In this document: piece by piece, positions 9,346-18,103 of the stretch
Layout of the letters: each line of letters starts with the position of its first letter
Numbering within the stretch: the stretch's first letter is position 1
Assembly (NCBI GenBank): GCA_965230295.1
Contig: OZ246001.1
Coordinates: 3,456,001-3,520,000, forward strand
Reading direction: 5' to 3'
Source: Marinicella sp.
GTDB taxonomy: Bacteria > Pseudomonadota > Gammaproteobacteria > Xanthomonadales > Marinicellaceae
Length of the DNA: 64,000 nt
Program-made: the position numbers and the translations under genes
The notes under the pieces: generated by a model
Told to the model about the DNA's origin: nothing
The model's input: only the letters and a program-made list of their open reading frames with translations
Databases searched by the model: none

Positions 9346-10962
9346 TCATGGGTTGTGGAATTCTGCATTGCTGCGCATGTAGAACCACCAGTTCAATAAC
9401 AAACAAACTGCATAGAAAATAGCAAATCCATACAAGGCGTATTCTGGTGTGGTTAATTTAATTTGCTCTCCCAGGATTTTTGGAATCAGGAAGGCGCCGT
9501 AAGCCGCGACTGCTGAAGTCCAGCCTAAAACAGGCCCGGCTTGTTCTTTGTTGAAGATCACAGCAATGGTTTTAAAAGTTGAACCATTGCCGATGCCGGT
9601 GGCTGTGAATAACAACAAGAACAGCAAGAAAAATGGTAAAAAATATTCCTCAGGTGTGGCACTGACATAGGCTTGTTGCATGAAATAGGCGACCCCCAAA
9701 GCGCTACCGATCATCACAATGGAAACGTACTGTGTCACTTTCGCGCCACCAATTTTGTCAGCAATGATGCCGCCCACAGGCCTGATCAATGCACCAATGA
9801 AAGGGCCCATCCAGGCATACATCAAAGCGCTGGGACCATTGGCGTTGACGGTGTTGTGGGTCATCACACCATCAACCATGATGTGTTGGTAACCGAAAAT
9901 CACTTTGATGGCCAAGGCGAATCCGGCTGAGTAACCAATGAAAGACCCGAAAGTCATGGTGTAGATAACGGTCATGACCCAAGTGTGTTTGTTGCCAAAG
10001 ATTTGATACTGCCTGGTTAAGTTGCGACCGATAGGTCCAGGAATGATTTTCAATAGAACCACAGTCATCACAATGACAATCGGTAGGACGATGAACTTAT
10101 CTAATTCAATACCTGAACCACCCATTTTGGCAGGTAACATCAACCACAGCCCAAAAGCTGCAGTGGCCAAGCCAATGGCCAACATGAAAAGAATCTTGGC
10201 AAATGCAGGGAAGGGTGAGCCGATATCTGGAGACACGTGTTCATCTTTGATGTTGTTCATGCCCAACCAGGTGGCGAATGCCAATGGCACCAACAACAGA
10301 ACCCAAACAAATCCGGCATTTTGAATGTATGTTTCGGTACCTGCCGCAATTTTGCCAATCAAGGTACCACTGGTGTTTTGCAGCGTCATTGAATCGCCAC
10401 CTAAGGCGCCGAACAAAGCAAAAGTCATCACCAACGGGACCAAAATTTGCATGGTGGTCACACCGAAGTTGCCCAATCCAGCATTCATGCCCAAAGAATA
10501 TCCTTGGACCTTTTTGGGGTAAAAGTAACTGATGTTTGACATCGATGAGGCGAAGTTACCGCCACCAAAACCACTCAACAATGCCCATAATTGGAACTGC
10601 CAAAGTGGGGTGTCTGGGTTTTGTAAAGCAAAGCCAGCACCCAAAGCAGGAATGATCAATAAGGATGTGGTCAGGAAAATGGTATTCCGACCGCCAGCAA
10701 TCCTGATAAAGAAGGTACTGGGTATGCGTAAGGTGGCACCAGAAAGGCCAGCAATGGCAGCCAAAGTAAACAGTTCAGCTTTCTCGAAAGGAAAGCCCAA
10801 GTTCATCATTTGGACGGTGATGATGCCCCAATACAACCAAACGGCAAATCCGCACAACAGTGCGGGTATTGATATCCATAAATTTCTTGTGGCAGTTTTT
10901 TTGCCATAGGCTTCCCATTGTTGTTCGTCTTCGGGATTCCAGCCTGTTAAGTCTTTAGCCAT
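9346..10962 (-). CDS. narK: Nitrate/nitrite transporter, NarK2 type
   Basis: MFS NNP family: GGGNFASSM, GLGNFG and GIGNGSTFK; immediately upstream of narG. Confidence 0.93.
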   Translation of the reverse strand: MAKDLTGWNPEDEQQWEAYGKKTATRNLWISIPALLCGFAVWLYWGIITVQMMNLGFPFEKAELFTLAAIAGLSGATLRIPSTFFIRIAGGRNTIFLTTSLLIIPALGAGFALQNPDTPLWQFQLWALLSGFGGGNFASSMSNISYFYPKKVQGYSLGMNAGLGNFGVTTMQILVPLVMTFALFGALGGDSMTLQNTSGTLIGKIAAGTETYIQNAGFVWVLLLVPLAFATWLGMNNIKDEHVSPDIGSPFPAFAKILFMLAIGLATAAFGLWLMLPAKMGGSGIELDKFIVLPIVIVMTVVLLKIIPGPIGRNLTRQYQIFGNKHTWVMTVIYTMTFGSFIGYSAGFALAIKVIFGYQHIMVDGVMTHNTVNANGPSALMYAWMGPFIGALIRPVGGIIADKIGGAKVTQYVSIVMIGSALGVAYFMQQAYVSATPEEYFLPFFLLFLLLFTATGIGNGSTFKTIAVIFNKEQAGPVLGWTSAVAAYGAFLIPKILGEQIKLTTPEYALYGFAIFYAVCLLLNWWFYMRSNAEFHNP

Positions 10963-10982
10963 TGCTATGCTCCAGTTAAATA

Positions 10983-11017
10983 AAAAGTCCTGAGCAGTTG
11001 ATTGCCAACTGCTCAGG
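10983..11017 (-). terminator. Intra-operonic 12-bp hairpin with U-tract between narK1 and narK2
   Basis: Minus strand reads CCTGAGCAGTTG-GCAAT-CAACTGCTCAGG followed by ACTTTTT. Confidence 0.55.
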
Positions 11018-11027
11018 GGTATTAAAG

Positions 11028-12329
11028 TCAGTGTTTGACGTTGCGTAATTCAGGTAAATATCCGGGTTTGTCCAGATCAGGATTGGCTTCTTTGTCGGCC
11101 CGCAGGATGGCAAAGTGCATCCAGATCAAGGCCACGCCAATGATCACGGTTAACAGCATGAAACAACTGGTCCAAACACCTATCATGTCATTCATCAAGC
11201 CGAACAGTATGGGCAGGATGAAACCGCCCAAACCTCCAATCAAACCCACGATGCCGCCGACTGAGCCAACATTGTTTGGGTAGTAATGTGGAATGTGTTT
11301 GTAAACCGCCGCTTTACCTAATGACATGAAAAATCCCAAGATGATGGTGATGGTTACAAACAACCACAGAGGAATGGTGATGTTGAACTGGATGGGGCCG
11401 TTGATGCCGGCTACGGTGTAGTCGGTTGCAGGGTAAGAGAGGAAGAAGGTGCAAATCACACAGGCAATGAAAGTCCAGTACATGACTTTTCTGGCCCCCA
11501 CTTTGTCTGACAGCCAGCCACCCAAAGCCCTGAAGATGGACCCTGGCAAGGCATAGCAAGCAGCTAAAAAGCCCGCAGTGGCGAGTTCTAAGCCATAGGC
11601 GCCTACATAGTACCTGGGCAACCACAGGGCCAGTGCCACATAGGCACCAAAGACAAAGAAGTAATACAGTGAAAAACGCCAAACCTGGATGTTTTTCAAA
11701 GGTTTAAGCTGTTCCATGAATGGTCTGGCTTTGGTTTTTTCACCTGAGTGTGCAGGGTCGGTTTTGGTGGTCAGGAAGAACAAAATGGCGGTCACTGCCA
11801 AGATGGCGGCGTAGACCAAGACCACATTTTGCCAAACACCGCCTAAGGCAACCAATAAGATAGGTGCTCCAAAGTTGGTGATGGCTGCACCGACATTACC
11901 CACACCAAAGATGCCCAATGCAGTGCCTTGCTTGTTGTCTGGGTACCAAGAAGAAACATAGGCGATGCCGACAGCAAATGATCCACCGGCCAGTCCCAAC
12001 CCCAATGCGCCAAGCAGGTACATTTCATAAGAGGTTGCTTTGGTCAAGAAAAATGCCGCCAAAGCAGTGGTCAACATTTGAATGGTGTAGACAATGCGGC
12101 CACCATATTGGTCGGTCCAAATCCCTAAAAACAAACGACTTAAAGAACCCGTTAATATGGGGGTGGCCACCAAGACACCGAATTGGGTATCTGTCAAGCC
12201 CAATTCGGCTTTGATTTTGATACCAATGATAGAAAAAATAGTCCACACAGCAAAACAAACAGTGAATGCCAGGGTACTGGTTATCAATGCTCTGTTTTGG
12301 TCACTTTGAGGAACTTGATCTAAGTTCAT
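11028..12329 (-). CDS. narK: Nitrate transporter, NarK1 type
   Basis: GLAGGSFAVG, FGVGNVG and SLGKAAVYK motifs. ATG 12329 is preceded by GGAG; the TTG start at 12404 in the ORF track lies inside the promoter. Confidence 0.92.
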   Translation of the reverse strand: MNLDQVPQSDQNRALITSTLAFTVCFAVWTIFSIIGIKIKAELGLTDTQFGVLVATPILTGSLSRLFLGIWTDQYGGRIVYTIQMLTTALAAFFLTKATSYEMYLLGALGLGLAGGSFAVGIAYVSSWYPDNKQGTALGIFGVGNVGAAITNFGAPILLVALGGVWQNVVLVYAAILAVTAILFFLTTKTDPAHSGEKTKARPFMEQLKPLKNIQVWRFSLYYFFVFGAYVALALWLPRYYVGAYGLELATAGFLAACYALPGSIFRALGGWLSDKVGARKVMYWTFIACVICTFFLSYPATDYTVAGINGPIQFNITIPLWLFVTITIILGFFMSLGKAAVYKHIPHYYPNNVGSVGGIVGLIGGLGGFILPILFGLMNDMIGVWTSCFMLLTVIIGVALIWMHFAILRADKEANPDLDKPGYLPELRNVKH

Positions 12330-12395
12330 GTTTGTCACTCCTGGTTTAAAAATCTGGTTCGGGTGACATTTTTGTTGAAACTTGATGCTTTGTAC

Positions 12396-12409
12396 TTGAC
12401 GCAAGTCAA
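12396..12409. promoter_or_regulatory. FNR/DNR-family binding site between divergent narK1 and the NIT-Crp gene
   Basis: Perfect palindrome TTGAC-GCAA-GTCAA. Confidence 0.85.
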
Positions 12410-12469
12410 TAATTTTAATTTAGTCACAGGCTATGATGAAACCATGAGGATTTTCTGTAAAATAAAAGA

Positions 12470-14053
12470 ATGAAAAGCGAAGCCAATCTCAACAGTTTGT
12501 TACATACATTGAGCCAAATCATTCATTGTTTCCAACTTGAGCGTGGTAGTTTATGTTTGTACTTATGCGCCCCCACAGATGAAAACCTAAAAAGATTAGA
12601 GTTAAGTGTAAATAACAGCGATAACCAACTGAATTTACTTAATAAATATTTAAGTTGTTCAAGTTCAAAGTTGAATGATAAGCAATTAAACAGCACACAA
12701 AAATTAGCCCATGCCATTGAGGCATTCCATGTTAAATCTTCTTTTCGCCAAGAGATATCAATGTGTGATCTTGATATTGCTGAGGTGGTACCTTTATATA
12801 CCTACAGTTTAATCATTCACCTCATTTACAAATTAATTGAGCTGGCCTTGTTTGAAGAATCCGTGGTGCCATCAGAAGTCAGTGCCTTATCGAATTACAT
12901 CAACTGGAAAGAACGGATAGGACGAGAAAGGGCTTTGGGTGTCATTGGTTTTACTACCGGAGAATTTGATTCTGATGTTTTTCTCAGAGATTTTAAAATA
13001 CTGCTGGATGAACAAGAAATCAATAAGTCATCATTTTTGGCCCTGGCCAGCCCATCTCAGAGTGCCATGTTTAACAACATGTATTCGACTCAGAAGGACA
13101 TCAAAGCCTTTCACCAACAAATGGATACAGGTGACCAACCCCAGCTTGATGCCGAATTTTGGTTTGGAGTTGTCAGCACCAAGATGGACATGATGCATGG
13201 CATAGAGTTGGCTTTGATTGATCAATTTTCTAAACAAGACAAAGAGAACATAGAACCGCAAAATCACCATTTGTTTGCAGTTGGAGATATTCAAATGGTG
13301 TCTGAATTTCCCATGTTCAGGAATCTGTCAGAAAACATCAAACAGACTTTATTCAAATCAAGCAATTTAAGAAATTATAAAAAGGGCAGTCTGTTGTTTT
13401 TAGAAGGCGAGCAAGCCACCCGTATCTTTGTGGTCGTCAGTGGCTGGGTGAAAATTTATAAAAGTGCCTTGGATGGTCAGGAAAGCATTGAATACATGCT
13501 TACCACAGGAGATGTGGTGATTGAATCGTCGATTTTTACCAGCAGCATATACAACAACAGTGCTCAAGTCAGTTCAGAAGCCAAGTTGCTTTCGTTTCCA
13601 GCCGCCATTTATCGTAATTTGATCAGTAAAGACCTGACTTTGGCATTGAATTCATTGAAATACCTGTCACAAAGTTCTGCCAAATACCAAAGTCAAATTG
13701 ACAGCAATCGATTGAAATCATCAAAAGAACGGGTGGGACAGTTTTTGTTGCGGGAATTTGTAAAACAAAAGAATCCAAATACCATTTTATTACCTTACGA
13801 AAAAACCATCATAGCGTCTGTGTTGGATATGAAGCCTGAAACGTTTTCTCGATCATTGAAATCACTGAAAAAAGAAGGGCTGACGTCTGAAAAACAACAG
13901 ATTCAAGTAAAGAACATCAAAACACTGTGTAGCTTCTGTGATAAAGAGATCGCAGCCAGTTGCCAATTCAAGGATAAACATGACTGCAGTTTCGAAAAAA
14001 ACACTCCTCGATTATCACAAAACGCTAGAGATCCTCTCAGAAGTCGCCCTTAA
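12470..14053 (+). CDS. NIT domain - Crp/Fnr transcriptional regulator fusion with C-terminal Cys4 tail
   Basis: N-terminal NIT motifs IHCFQLERG and WKERIGRERALG; cNMP-fold region LLFLEGE...VVSGWVKIYK; HTH with PETFSR; tail Cx2Cx7Cx7C. Confidence 0.85.
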   Translation: MKSEANLNSLLHTLSQIIHCFQLERGSLCLYLCAPTDENLKRLELSVNNSDNQLNLLNKYLSCSSSKLNDKQLNSTQKLAHAIEAFHVKSSFRQEISMCDLDIAEVVPLYTYSLIIHLIYKLIELALFEESVVPSEVSALSNYINWKERIGRERALGVIGFTTGEFDSDVFLRDFKILLDEQEINKSSFLALASPSQSAMFNNMYSTQKDIKAFHQQMDTGDQPQLDAEFWFGVVSTKMDMMHGIELALIDQFSKQDKENIEPQNHHLFAVGDIQMVSEFPMFRNLSENIKQTLFKSSNLRNYKKGSLLFLEGEQATRIFVVVSGWVKIYKSALDGQESIEYMLTTGDVVIESSIFTSSIYNNSAQVSSEAKLLSFPAAIYRNLISKDLTLALNSLKYLSQSSAKYQSQIDSNRLKSSKERVGQFLLREFVKQKNPNTILLPYEKTIIASVLDMKPETFSRSLKSLKKEGLTSEKQQIQVKNIKTLCSFCDKEIAASCQFKDKHDCSFEKNTPRLSQNARDPLRSRP

Positions 14054-15269
14054 TCACACATCTTTTTGCACCAGTGAATCCATACAAGTGGTTGATGCGG
14101 TTGGTCGCATTGCAGCAGAGGAGGTTACTTCAGGCATTGATGTGCCTTCTTTCAATAATTCAGCCATGGATGGATTTGCGGTGGATGCAACCACAGTGAA
14201 TCAACAATTGCAAAATGCAACTGAGGCCAAGATTCATGTGGTTGGTCAAATTCAAGCCGGCGACAAAAGCGAAATTGACATCAGTGAAGAAGGAAAAAAT
14301 GCCTGGGAAATCATGACAGGGGCACCTGTTCCTGCCATGTTTGATGCTGTGATACCCATTGAACAGATGAAGGTTGAACAGCATGATGAAAGTACTGTGA
14401 TTATCATCAATCAATCCGTTCGTTCAGGTCAAAATGTTCGCATGTCCGGAACAGATTACCAACAAGGACAGAAGGTCATTAGCAAACACACAGTGATTCA
14501 CCCACAACATGTGATGGCATTGGCTACAGTAGGCGCCAAGCAAATTAATGTTCTTAAACAGATACCCGTGGCCATTTTTTCAACTGGGAATGAACTCTCA
14601 GAGCGTTCAAGTAATGAACTGGCTTCCGGTAAAATTTTCAACTCTAATCAACCGTTTCTACAATCCTACTTGCAAGACATCACCTGCCAGCCGGTGTTTG
14701 TCTCCAGTTGTCAGGACATCGAAGGGCAGTTTGAAGAACTGTTGGAAGATGCCAAGAGGCATGAGGTAAAAATTGTTTTTTCGACTGGGGCTGTGTCCAT
14801 GGGGCGGTATGACTTTATTCCGAAAGTCTTAGAGAAAAAAGGGGCTGTTATTCACTTTCACAAAGCCAAAGTACGTCCTGGTAAGCCCATTTTGTTTGCG
14901 GAACTGCCCGATGGCACATTGTATTTTGGCTTGCCAGGCAATCCCATCGCAGCCGCTTCAGGTGTCAGGTTCTTTGCCACACCCTTTATCCGGAAAATGC
15001 AAGGATTGCACGAAGAACCTTTGGTTAAGGCTGTATTGAGTCAAGATGTTGATAAAAAACAAGGGTTCAGAACTTTTGCCAAAGCCCGTGCATGGATATC
15101 TGAAAGTGGGCAACTGAAAGTAGATATGTTGGTTGGTCAGGGTTCATTTCAAACCCATTCTTTTGCGCAATCCAATTGTTGGTTGGTTCTGCCGGAAGAT
15201 GCAGAACACATCAAAGCAGGAGAGTTGGTTGACTTGCTCCCAATGGCGCCTGGTGCTTTGACAGTATGA
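13980..15269 (+). CDS. moeA: Molybdopterin molybdotransferase
   Basis: FNNSAMDGFA, STGNEL, RPGKP and GLPGNP motifs; ATG 13980 preceded by AGGA. Confidence 0.95.
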   Translation: MTAVSKKTLLDYHKTLEILSEVALNHTSFCTSESIQVVDAVGRIAAEEVTSGIDVPSFNNSAMDGFAVDATTVNQQLQNATEAKIHVVGQIQAGDKSEIDISEEGKNAWEIMTGAPVPAMFDAVIPIEQMKVEQHDESTVIIINQSVRSGQNVRMSGTDYQQGQKVISKHTVIHPQHVMALATVGAKQINVLKQIPVAIFSTGNELSERSSNELASGKIFNSNQPFLQSYLQDITCQPVFVSSCQDIEGQFEELLEDAKRHEVKIVFSTGAVSMGRYDFIPKVLEKKGAVIHFHKAKVRPGKPILFAELPDGTLYFGLPGNPIAAASGVRFFATPFIRKMQGLHEEPLVKAVLSQDVDKKQGFRTFAKARAWISESGQLKVDMLVGQGSFQTHSFAQSNCWLVLPEDAEHIKAGELVDLLPMAPGALTV

Positions 15270-15808
15270 ATACAGCGGGTGTGATCTTAAATGGTGGCCA
15301 GTCTAGCCGCATGGGCCAGGATAAATCATTGTTAACCATTCAAGGTATCAGTTTGCTTGAACACAGCAAAAACACACTCAAGGCTGCAGGATTGGATGAT
15401 GTCTTTGTCAGCGGATCGGGAGGAATCCCAGATCGGATCCAGAATGCAGGTCCGTTGTCCGGAATCCATGCAGCATTGTATAAACTTGAAGAATTCAATT
15501 CTTTGGTATTTATCCCAGTGGACATGCCATTATTGAAGCCGGCAATGTTGTCACAGTTAATGGCCCACACTGATCATGATATGGTGCATTATGAAGGGAA
15601 ACATTTTCCCATAATGATGAAAAACATACCTGCTGTCAGAGACCTCATCACTCAACAATTAAAGCAGAATAAATTGGCCATTCACCAATTGATCAAATCA
15701 GCCAGTTGCCAGTCTTTGCCTCACAATTGGTCAGAAGATTGCTTTGCCAACACCAACACCCAAGAGCAATGGCACAGCGTGTTAGCGCAGATAAAAAATC
15801 ACCAATGA
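15266..15808 (+). CDS. mobA: Molybdenum cofactor guanylyltransferase
   Basis: ILNGGQSSRMGQDK, GPLSGI and PVDMP motifs; ATGA overlap with moeA. Confidence 0.92.
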   Translation: MNTAGVILNGGQSSRMGQDKSLLTIQGISLLEHSKNTLKAAGLDDVFVSGSGGIPDRIQNAGPLSGIHAALYKLEEFNSLVFIPVDMPLLKPAMLSQLMAHTDHDMVHYEGKHFPIMMKNIPAVRDLITQQLKQNKLAIHQLIKSASCQSLPHNWSEDCFANTNTQEQWHSVLAQIKNHQ

Positions 15809-15823
15809 TTAAAAATGTAGACT

Positions 15824-16849
15824 TCAACCCATGCTGCGACTGAACAGCTGTTTGACCAAGCCAGACATCACCCATATCCACGCCAATACAGAAACCCATA
15901 ACATCCCAAGTGAAAAATAACTCAAGGGTGTGAATTCAGCGGATAAAGCTAAGTTGTGGGTGGCCACAGTAAACATGCCCAATGGAAAAACGATGCTCCA
16001 CTGCATGGGGTCATAACTCAATTTGACTTTTTTATACCCATGTTTCCATATGCCAAACACGACCAACAATGGTATCCACCAGGTGGCCCATGTCCAAAGC
16101 ATGATTGACATCATTTTAATCACGGCATGCAAGTCGATCAATGTAGGGAAGATGGGGTCAGTTAACAATAAATGAGTGCCGGCATTGGCACTGATGGCCG
16201 CAGCACCCATGATGACCCACATCAAGGGTGAATAATCATCCAGCTGCATTTCTTTGAAGAAGATCCGATAACAAAACAAAGTGACAAAAATGGCATAAAA
16301 CATCAGTCCCAAAGCCCAAAGCATGTGTATCTCCACCATCATGTAGCCAGCAAAATCACCCAACTCGCTGGCGATTTTGGATCCCAATAACACCAATGAC
16401 TGGGTGCCAACAATCAATATCAGCCAACCACCGTGCACCACATTGACGTTGCGGTTAGGGTTGGCAAAACTCAAAGCCGAAAAACTGAAATACATCAACA
16501 AAGACCACACCAAAAAAGCCAAAACCCAACATGATATGGCCAACAACGACAGGCCGTGCTGAAACAACAACAGCCCGCAGATGTTGGTGGCTGCAACAAA
16601 GGTAAAGAAAATGAAGGTGGTTTTGGGGTTCAATAAGTTTTCTAACACTTGTTTGGGAAATAACAACAGTCGCCAGGTATATAAAACAACCAAGACAACC
16701 CATGAGAAAAGAGTGATGAAATAAAACATTTCGGCCCACGACTGCATGGCCCACATGCTTAACCCAACAGAGAGGATACCGGTGGCCATGGTCAAAGAAA
16801 AATATCCAGGATACAAGACTTTCAGCCAGTTGTACTTAGTCGTGTTCAT
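15824..16849 (-). CDS. TDT family (TehA/SLAC1/C4-dicarboxylate) anion channel
   Basis: PGYFSLTMATGILS, FTFVAA, WVIMGAAAIS and WSIVFPLGM motifs; about 10 hydrophobic segments. Confidence 0.88.
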   Translation of the reverse strand: MNTTKYNWLKVLYPGYFSLTMATGILSVGLSMWAMQSWAEMFYFITLFSWVVLVVLYTWRLLLFPKQVLENLLNPKTTFIFFTFVAATNICGLLLFQHGLSLLAISCWVLAFLVWSLLMYFSFSALSFANPNRNVNVVHGGWLILIVGTQSLVLLGSKIASELGDFAGYMMVEIHMLWALGLMFYAIFVTLFCYRIFFKEMQLDDYSPLMWVIMGAAAISANAGTHLLLTDPIFPTLIDLHAVIKMMSIMLWTWATWWIPLLVVFGIWKHGYKKVKLSYDPMQWSIVFPLGMFTVATHNLALSAEFTPLSYFSLGMLWVSVLAWIWVMSGLVKQLFSRSMG

Positions 16850-17001
16850 TTTTGTTGATCATTTTCACAAGATTTATTATAGACGCATAATTGATTTCAA
16901 TGCTGCATGGTTATTCAATAAAACTGTCCACAACAAGCAATGAAAATTAGTAATGACTACTAACACATGCTAATCGTTATGGAAAAATATATACTGATTA
17001 A

Positions 17002-17313
17002 ATGGATACATCCATTGAAATAGCTCATTACACGCCTGAGCAATTAGTCGAGGCATTAATATCTGTTAATGATGAAGTCTATTTTGACAATGCCTTGATG
17101 ATTTATCAAACATTACTAGCTAAAAAAGGTTGGCATCACAATGACACCAATGCTGCTAGATTAGGTCGAGAAAATCATTGGTTGTTAGAACTTTTGCATG
17201 AAGTGGGGCTAGGTACATTCATACTCTCCGGCACCTTGGATGATATATATATGGAAAACCATCATTTGGAAGAAAAGGTACAACGCTTAAATGATTATCT
17301 GAATGCTAAATAA
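17002..17313 (+). CDS. Hypothetical protein
   Basis: 103-aa ORF filling an otherwise empty gap; plausible composition, no family recognised. Confidence 0.6.
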   Translation: MDTSIEIAHYTPEQLVEALISVNDEVYFDNALMIYQTLLAKKGWHHNDTNAARLGRENHWLLELLHEVGLGTFILSGTLDDIYMENHHLEEKVQRLNDYLNAK

Positions 17314-17329
17314 TATCAATCAAAACATG

Positions 17330-17563
17330 GGAAAGCTGCTGAGCAGCTTGACCCGCCGAGCCGGTTGGTGAGCTTTGCGAATCAGAGGCGAAGAGCGCTA
17401 GGTAGCATGTCATGTTCGCCGTGGTCGCTTTCACTTTTGTCAGGAACAGACATGCAGTGCGAAGCAACTGCTCAGACAATAGTCTGTAAAGGTCGGTTTA
17501 TTAGCGCAGCAAATATGAAGACCTGTCAGACCATGAACCAGAATGAAGCCCCAAGAACATTCC
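17330..17563 (+). mobile_element. Mosaic MITE-like repeat, copy 1
   Basis: Left end GGAAAGCTGCTGAGCAGCTTGACCCGCCGAGCCGGTT and right end GAAGCCCCAAGAACATTCC, shared with copies at about 18.4, 31.5 and 41.2 kb. Confidence 0.75.
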
Positions 17564-17588
17564 TTAGCTGTTAAGACTTGTTGAGTAT

Positions 17589-18002
17589 TCACCATACATA
17601 AATCACTTGAGCGTCTACCAATGGATGCGGGTAATCAAGCTCATCTATCTTCTTATTGACCATGCGCTTGACCACACCTGTTATGGTGACTGGTTTTTTC
17701 AGCATGCTGTTGGGTTCTAAGTAAGTGGGTTTACAAGCGATGAATCGGCCTTGGTCGACCCGAATTCTTTTTGATGGACGTGCGACTTTGTCAGGTACTT
17801 TGGCCACCACAGTCAGACAGCTGTGGTCTTCTTTGTTGTCAACGTTGACCACAAAGCCAGTCCACCGCACGTTGAGGTTTTCAATCGGGTTCTTTTGATA
17901 AGCCACAGGACTCACATCACTGTATTCACCCCGCAATGGCTTAGGCGGTTGAATGCATGCGGTTAATGTCAATACCAGCATGGTTGTTACTGTTGTTTTC
18001 AT
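17589..18002 (-). CDS. Slp family outer membrane lipoprotein
   Basis: Lipobox LTAC, VRWTG, QGRFIAC...YLEP and Y.HP.V motifs. Confidence 0.85.
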   Translation of the reverse strand: MKTTVTTMLVLTLTACIQPPKPLRGEYSDVSPVAYQKNPIENLNVRWTGFVVNVDNKEDHSCLTVVAKVPDKVARPSKRIRVDQGRFIACKPTYLEPNSMLKKPVTITGVVKRMVNKKIDELDYPHPLVDAQVIYVW

Positions 18003-18103
18003 GTCCACTCTCATTCAATGAATTGATTCTATTATCACTCATATAGTTGAACACAAACTGAACATTGAAATTTGTTTTTTTACATGTGTGATATTTCATT
18101 GAT

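Noticed and set aside
4214-10909. Many 60-190 aa plus-strand ORFs over narH, narG and narK
   Set aside because: They are antisense shadows of well-supported genes and show no recognisable motifs.
12330-12361. Possible ANTAR dual-hairpin leader, as used by NasR
   Set aside because: The predicted leader is too short, shows no tandem hairpins, and the regulator has a Crp HTH rather than an ANTAR domain.
12330-12404. ORF-track N-terminal extension of narK1 from TTG 12404
   Set aside because: It starts inside the FNR-type box; ATG 12329 has a GGAG ribosome binding site.
17365-17574. 69-aa ORF
   Set aside because: It lies almost wholly within repeat copy 1, and the frame is not kept in the other copies.
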